DNA from: an uncultured Actinomycetota bacterium
GTDB taxonomy: Bacteria > Actinomycetota > Actinomycetes > JAFAQI01
Assembly (NCBI GenBank): GCA_963770565.1
Contig: CAVYQE010000001.1
Span: forward strand, 640,001 to 704,000
Length of the DNA: 64,000 bases
Direction of reading: 5' to 3'
Shown here: piece by piece, positions 60,765 to 64,000 of the stretch
Layout: every line of letters starts with the position of its first letter
Numbering within the stretch: the first letter of the stretch is position 1
Position numbers and translations under genes: made by a program
Notes under the pieces: generated by a model
Database searches by the model: none
The model's input: the letters and a program-made list of their open reading frames with translations, nothing else
What the model was told of the DNA's origin: nothing

Positions 60765-61589
60765 ATGATCCAGATCAAGACGCGTGACGAGATCGACCTG
60801 ATGCGTCAGGCCGGGATCGTCGTCGGCACGGCGCTTGGAGCCCTGCGCGAGGCGGTCCGGCCGGGGATCACCACGGCCGATCTCGACGAGGTCGCCCGCG
60901 GAATCATCTACGGCGCCGGCGCAACCCCGTCCTTCCTCGGTTACCACGGCTTCCCGGCCACCATCTGTACCTCGGTCAACTCCGAGATCGTGCACGGAAT
61001 CCCCTCCGCCAAGGTGGTCCTGCGCGAGGGCGACATCATCTCGATCGACTGCGGCGCGATCGTCGAAGGCTTCCACGGCGACGCGGCGGTCACGGTCCCG
61101 GTCGGCGAGGTGTCGGTGGACAAGCGCGAGCTGATGCGGGTCACCGAGGAGTCGCTCTGGCACGGGATGGCGGCGGCCCGGCTCGGCGGCCGCCTGGTCG
61201 ACGTCTCCCGGGGCGTCGAGACCTACATCCGATCCCAGCCGCACCCGACCGGCGGGTCATGGGGGATCGTCGAGGAGTACGTCGGGCACGGCATCGGGAC
61301 CGAGATGCACCAGGATCCACAGGTCCACAACTACGTAGGCCCGCGGATGGGCCGTGGGCCGGCGATCGTGCCCGGTCTCGCCCTCGCGGTCGAGCCGATG
61401 GTCAATCTCGGTGGCCGGCACACCAAGGTCCTCGACGACGGCTGGACCGTCATCACCCAGGACGGTAAGCCCTCGGCGCACTTCGAACACACGTTCACCG
61501 TGCTCGAGGACGGCCCGTGGGTGCTCACCGCGCTCGACGGCGGCCGTGACCGGCTGGCCGCGATCGGCCCGGTCCGCGCCACCGCCTGA
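60765..61589 (+). CDS. map: Type I methionine aminopeptidase
   Basis: VHGIP, GHGIG..MH, VEPMV, SAHFEHT. Confidence 0.97.
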   Translation: MIQIKTRDEIDLMRQAGIVVGTALGALREAVRPGITTADLDEVARGIIYGAGATPSFLGYHGFPATICTSVNSEIVHGIPSAKVVLREGDIISIDCGAIVEGFHGDAAVTVPVGEVSVDKRELMRVTEESLWHGMAAARLGGRLVDVSRGVETYIRSQPHPTGGSWGIVEEYVGHGIGTEMHQDPQVHNYVGPRMGRGPAIVPGLALAVEPMVNLGGRHTKVLDDGWTVITQDGKPSAHFEHTFTVLEDGPWVLTALDGGRDRLAAIGPVRATA

Positions 61590-61674
61590 CCAAGCAATGT
61601 CACATTGCCCAGGCTTTTCCGGGGGCGGAGTCACATTGCCCCCACGAAGTGGGGGGCAATGTGACATTGCTTGG
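61590..61674. repeat. 85-bp palindromic element (family B, copy 3, inverted)
   Basis: Near reverse complement of 24186-24270. Confidence 0.92.
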
Positions 61675-61685
61675 AACGAGCGGGT

Positions 61686-61714
61686 TTGAACGGGGGCGCA
61701 CGCTCCCGTAGACT
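61686..61714 (+). promoter_or_regulatory. Putative infA promoter
   Basis: TTGAAC-17 bp-TAGACT. Confidence 0.65.
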
Positions 61715-61834
61715 GCCTAGTTGGCCTGCGACGTTCGTCTGGACGCGGGTCGCCCAGAATCACTGAGCGCTCACCAGAGCGCTCTCCACTACGACTACAA
61801 CGCTATCGAGTCACGACACGGGACAACGGAGGAC

Positions 61835-62056
61835 ATGCCGAAGAAGGAAGGCGCCATCGAGATCGAGGGGCGCGTCGTCGAGCCACTGCCGAACGCAATG
61901 TTCCGCGTTGAGCTCGCCAACGGCCACAAGGTCCTTGCCCATATCAGCGGCAAGATGCGCCAGCACTACATTCGGATCCTCCCGGAGGACCGGGTCGTGG
62001 TCGAGCTTTCGCCGTACGACCTGTCACGCGGTCGGATCGTCTACCGGTACAAGTAA
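61835..62056 (+). CDS. infA: Translation initiation factor IF-1
   Basis: [23 protein letters not shown]. Confidence 0.99.
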   Translation: MPKKEGAIEIEGRVVEPLPNAMFRVELANGHKVLAHISGKMRQHYIRILPEDRVVVELSPYDLSRGRIVYRYK

Positions 62057-62082
62057 GGGTTCGCCCCAGTGAGGTCAGTGCA

Positions 62083-62196
62083 GTGAAGGTCAAGCCGAGC
62101 GTCAAGAAGATGTGTGACAAGTGCAAGGTGATCCGCCGTCATGGGCGGGTCATGGTGATCTGCGAAAACCTGCGGCACAAGCAGCGGCAGGGCTAA
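62083..62196 (+). CDS. rpmJ: 50S ribosomal protein L36
   Basis: Manual translation [37 protein letters not shown]. Confidence 0.98.
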   Translation: MKVKPSVKKMCDKCKVIRRHGRVMVICENLRHKQRQG

Positions 62197-62344
62197 CAGC
62201 CACCGAAACAGCGCGCACCACCTCTGCCGCGACGATCCGGTCTGCGGCAGACCAGCCCCCGGCGCGAAGGCCGGGGCTCCACCTGGGCCGGTGGGGACGG
62301 TGACGCGGAGGACCTTCGCTGCAACATAAGGAGCACGAGCCCGG

Positions 62345-62725
62345 ATGGCACGCCTTGTCGGCGTCGACCTTCCCCGCGACAAGCGGTTGGAGGTTGCGCT
62401 CACCTACATCTACGGCATCGGTCGCACCCGCGCACACGAGACGCTGGCGCAGACCGGTGTGAGCCCGGACATCCGGGTTCGCGACCTCAGTGACGACGAT
62501 CTGGTCAAGCTGCGCGACTGGATCGAGGCGACCTACCGGGTCGAGGGTGACCTGCGACGCGAGGTCCAGTCCGACATCCGGCGCAAGATCGAGATCGGGT
62601 GCTACCAGGGCATCCGCCACCGCCGCGGCCTTCCGGTCCGCGGCCAGCGAACCCACACCAACGCCCGCACCCGTAAGGGCCCGCGCAAGACCGTGGCCGG
62701 CAAGAAGAAGGTAGGGAAGAAGTAG
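62345..62725 (+). CDS. rpsM: 30S ribosomal protein S13
   Basis: [17 protein letters not shown]. Confidence 0.99.
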   Translation: MARLVGVDLPRDKRLEVALTYIYGIGRTRAHETLAQTGVSPDIRVRDLSDDDLVKLRDWIEATYRVEGDLRREVQSDIRRKIEIGCYQGIRHRRGLPVRGQRTHTNARTRKGPRKTVAGKKKVGKK

Positions 62726-63129
62726 TGCCTCCCGCACAGAAACGTGTGGCCGCCAAGAAGGTGCGCCGCAAGGAGAAGAAGAACGTCGCCCACGGGCACG
62801 CTCACATCAAGAGCACGTTCAACAACACGATCGTGTCCATCACCGACCCGATGGGCAACGTCGTGAGTTGGGCGAGCGCCGGTCAGGTGGGCTTCAAGGG
62901 CTCCCGCAAGTCGACTCCGTTCGCCGCCCAGATGGCCGCGGAGGCCGCGGCTCGCCGGGCCCAGGAGCACGGCATGCGCAAGGTCGACGTGTTCGTGAAG
63001 GGCCCGGGCTCGGGCCGCGAGACCGCAATCCGGTCGCTGCAGGCGACCGGCCTGGAGGTAGGCACCATTTCCGACGTAACCCCGGCACCGCACAACGGCT
63101 GCCGTCCCCCGAAGCGGCGGCGGGTCTGA
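62725..63129 (+). CDS. rpsK: 30S ribosomal protein S11
   Basis: [20 protein letters not shown]. Confidence 0.99.
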   Translation: MPPAQKRVAAKKVRRKEKKNVAHGHAHIKSTFNNTIVSITDPMGNVVSWASAGQVGFKGSRKSTPFAAQMAAEAAARRAQEHGMRKVDVFVKGPGSGRETAIRSLQATGLEVGTISDVTPAPHNGCRPPKRRRV

Positions 63130-63755
63130 TGGCGCGCTACACGGGTCCCGACTGCAAGCGCTGCCGGCGCGAGAAGACCAAGCTGTTCCTCAAGGGCAGC
63201 AAGTGCGAGTCATCGAAGTGCCCGATCGAGATCCGGCCGTACCCGCCGGGCGAGCACGGCCGTGGCCGCACCAAGGACAGCGAATACCTGCTGCAGATGC
63301 GCGAGAAGCAGAAGTGTGCGCGGATCTACGGCGTCCTCGAGAAGCAGTTCCGCCGCTACTACGAAGAGGCCAACCGGCGCCCCGGCAAGACCGGTGAGAA
63401 CCTGCTGCAGCTGCTCGAGCGACGCCTGGACAACGTGGTCTACCGGGCCGGCTTCGCGCACAGCCGCGACATGGCCCGCCAGCTGGTGAAGCACGGGCAC
63501 TTCGTCGTCAACGGCCACAAGGTCGACATCCCGTCGTTCCTGGTGAGCGAGAACGACATCGTCGAGGTGCGACCGAGCTCGGTCGAGCTGACCCCGTTCG
63601 TGATCGCCCGGGCCGAGGCCGGCGAGCGCACGGTGCCGGCGTGGATCGAGGTCATCTCCAACCGGATGCGGATCCTGGTCCACTCGCTCCCGGCCCGTCA
63701 GGTCATCGACACACAGGTTCAAGAGCAGCTCATCGTCGAGTTGTATTCGAAGTAA
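63129..63755 (+). CDS. rpsD: 30S ribosomal protein S4
   Basis: MARYTGP, LERRLDNVVYR. Confidence 0.99.
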   Translation: MARYTGPDCKRCRREKTKLFLKGSKCESSKCPIEIRPYPPGEHGRGRTKDSEYLLQMREKQKCARIYGVLEKQFRRYYEEANRRPGKTGENLLQLLERRLDNVVYRAGFAHSRDMARQLVKHGHFVVNGHKVDIPSFLVSENDIVEVRPSSVELTPFVIARAEAGERTVPAWIEVISNRMRILVHSLPARQVIDTQVQEQLIVELYSK

Positions 63756-63787
63756 GTTTTCTCGCTTCGCTCCAAAACTGACTTCGA
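63747..63787 (-). repeat. Divergent family C hairpin spanning rpsD stop
   Basis: TCGAAGT.AGTTTT-CTCGCTTCGCTCC-AAAACT.ACTTCGA. Confidence 0.6.
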
Positions 63788-63878
63788 GGAAAAGCAACAG
63801 CAAGAAGAAGATCAACAAGCAAGACCGGTGGTACCCAGGCGATCAAATAGCGGGTCGCCATGACAGGAAGGCAAGACA

Positions 63879-64000
63879 GTGCTTATTGCTCAGCGGCCGA
63901 CTCTCAACGAAGAGGCCATCGACACCAATCGCTCGCGGTTCGTCATCGAGCCGCTCGAGCCGGGCTTCGGCTACACCTTGGGCAACTCGCTCCGGCGCAC
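63879..64000 (+). CDS. rpoA: RNA polymerase alpha subunit (3'-truncated by window)
   Basis: [11 protein letters not shown]...[20 protein letters not shown]. Confidence 0.97.
   Translation, partial: MLIAQRPTLNEEAIDTNRSRFVIEPLEPGFGYTLGNSLRR

Overview
High-GC actinobacterial core-genome window. It holds the 3' part of the nuo operon (nuoH partial, nuoI-N), a polyprenyl synthase, a reduced second nuoB-nuoC-nuoI cluster, corA, yajQ, and tRNA-Tyr/Thr/Met/Trp with accessory genes between them. These are followed by rpmG, secE-nusG-rplKA, rplJL, rpoBC and the contiguous str/S10/spc/alpha operons up to the start of rpoA. Non-housekeeping structure: (1) a 3.76-kb IS1-family-like element (39811-43573; 20-bp perfect TIRs, 8-bp target duplication) with a frameshifted transposase, a Fic gene and small Cys-rich cargo genes that share a duplicated promoter module. 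(2) Three families of small structured [12 protein letters not shown] repeats: a ~45-bp GAGCG-N-AGCGA hairpin found only at gene junctions of the RNAP/ribosomal operons, where two copies lie in short ORFs bridging an upstream stop to a downstream start and two extend L18; a ~51-nt conserved core closed by variable stems, amplified into arrays after rpmG and rpoC; and an 85-bp palindromic MITE/REP-like element in three copies. All calls come from reading the sequence and ORF track; no database searches were run.
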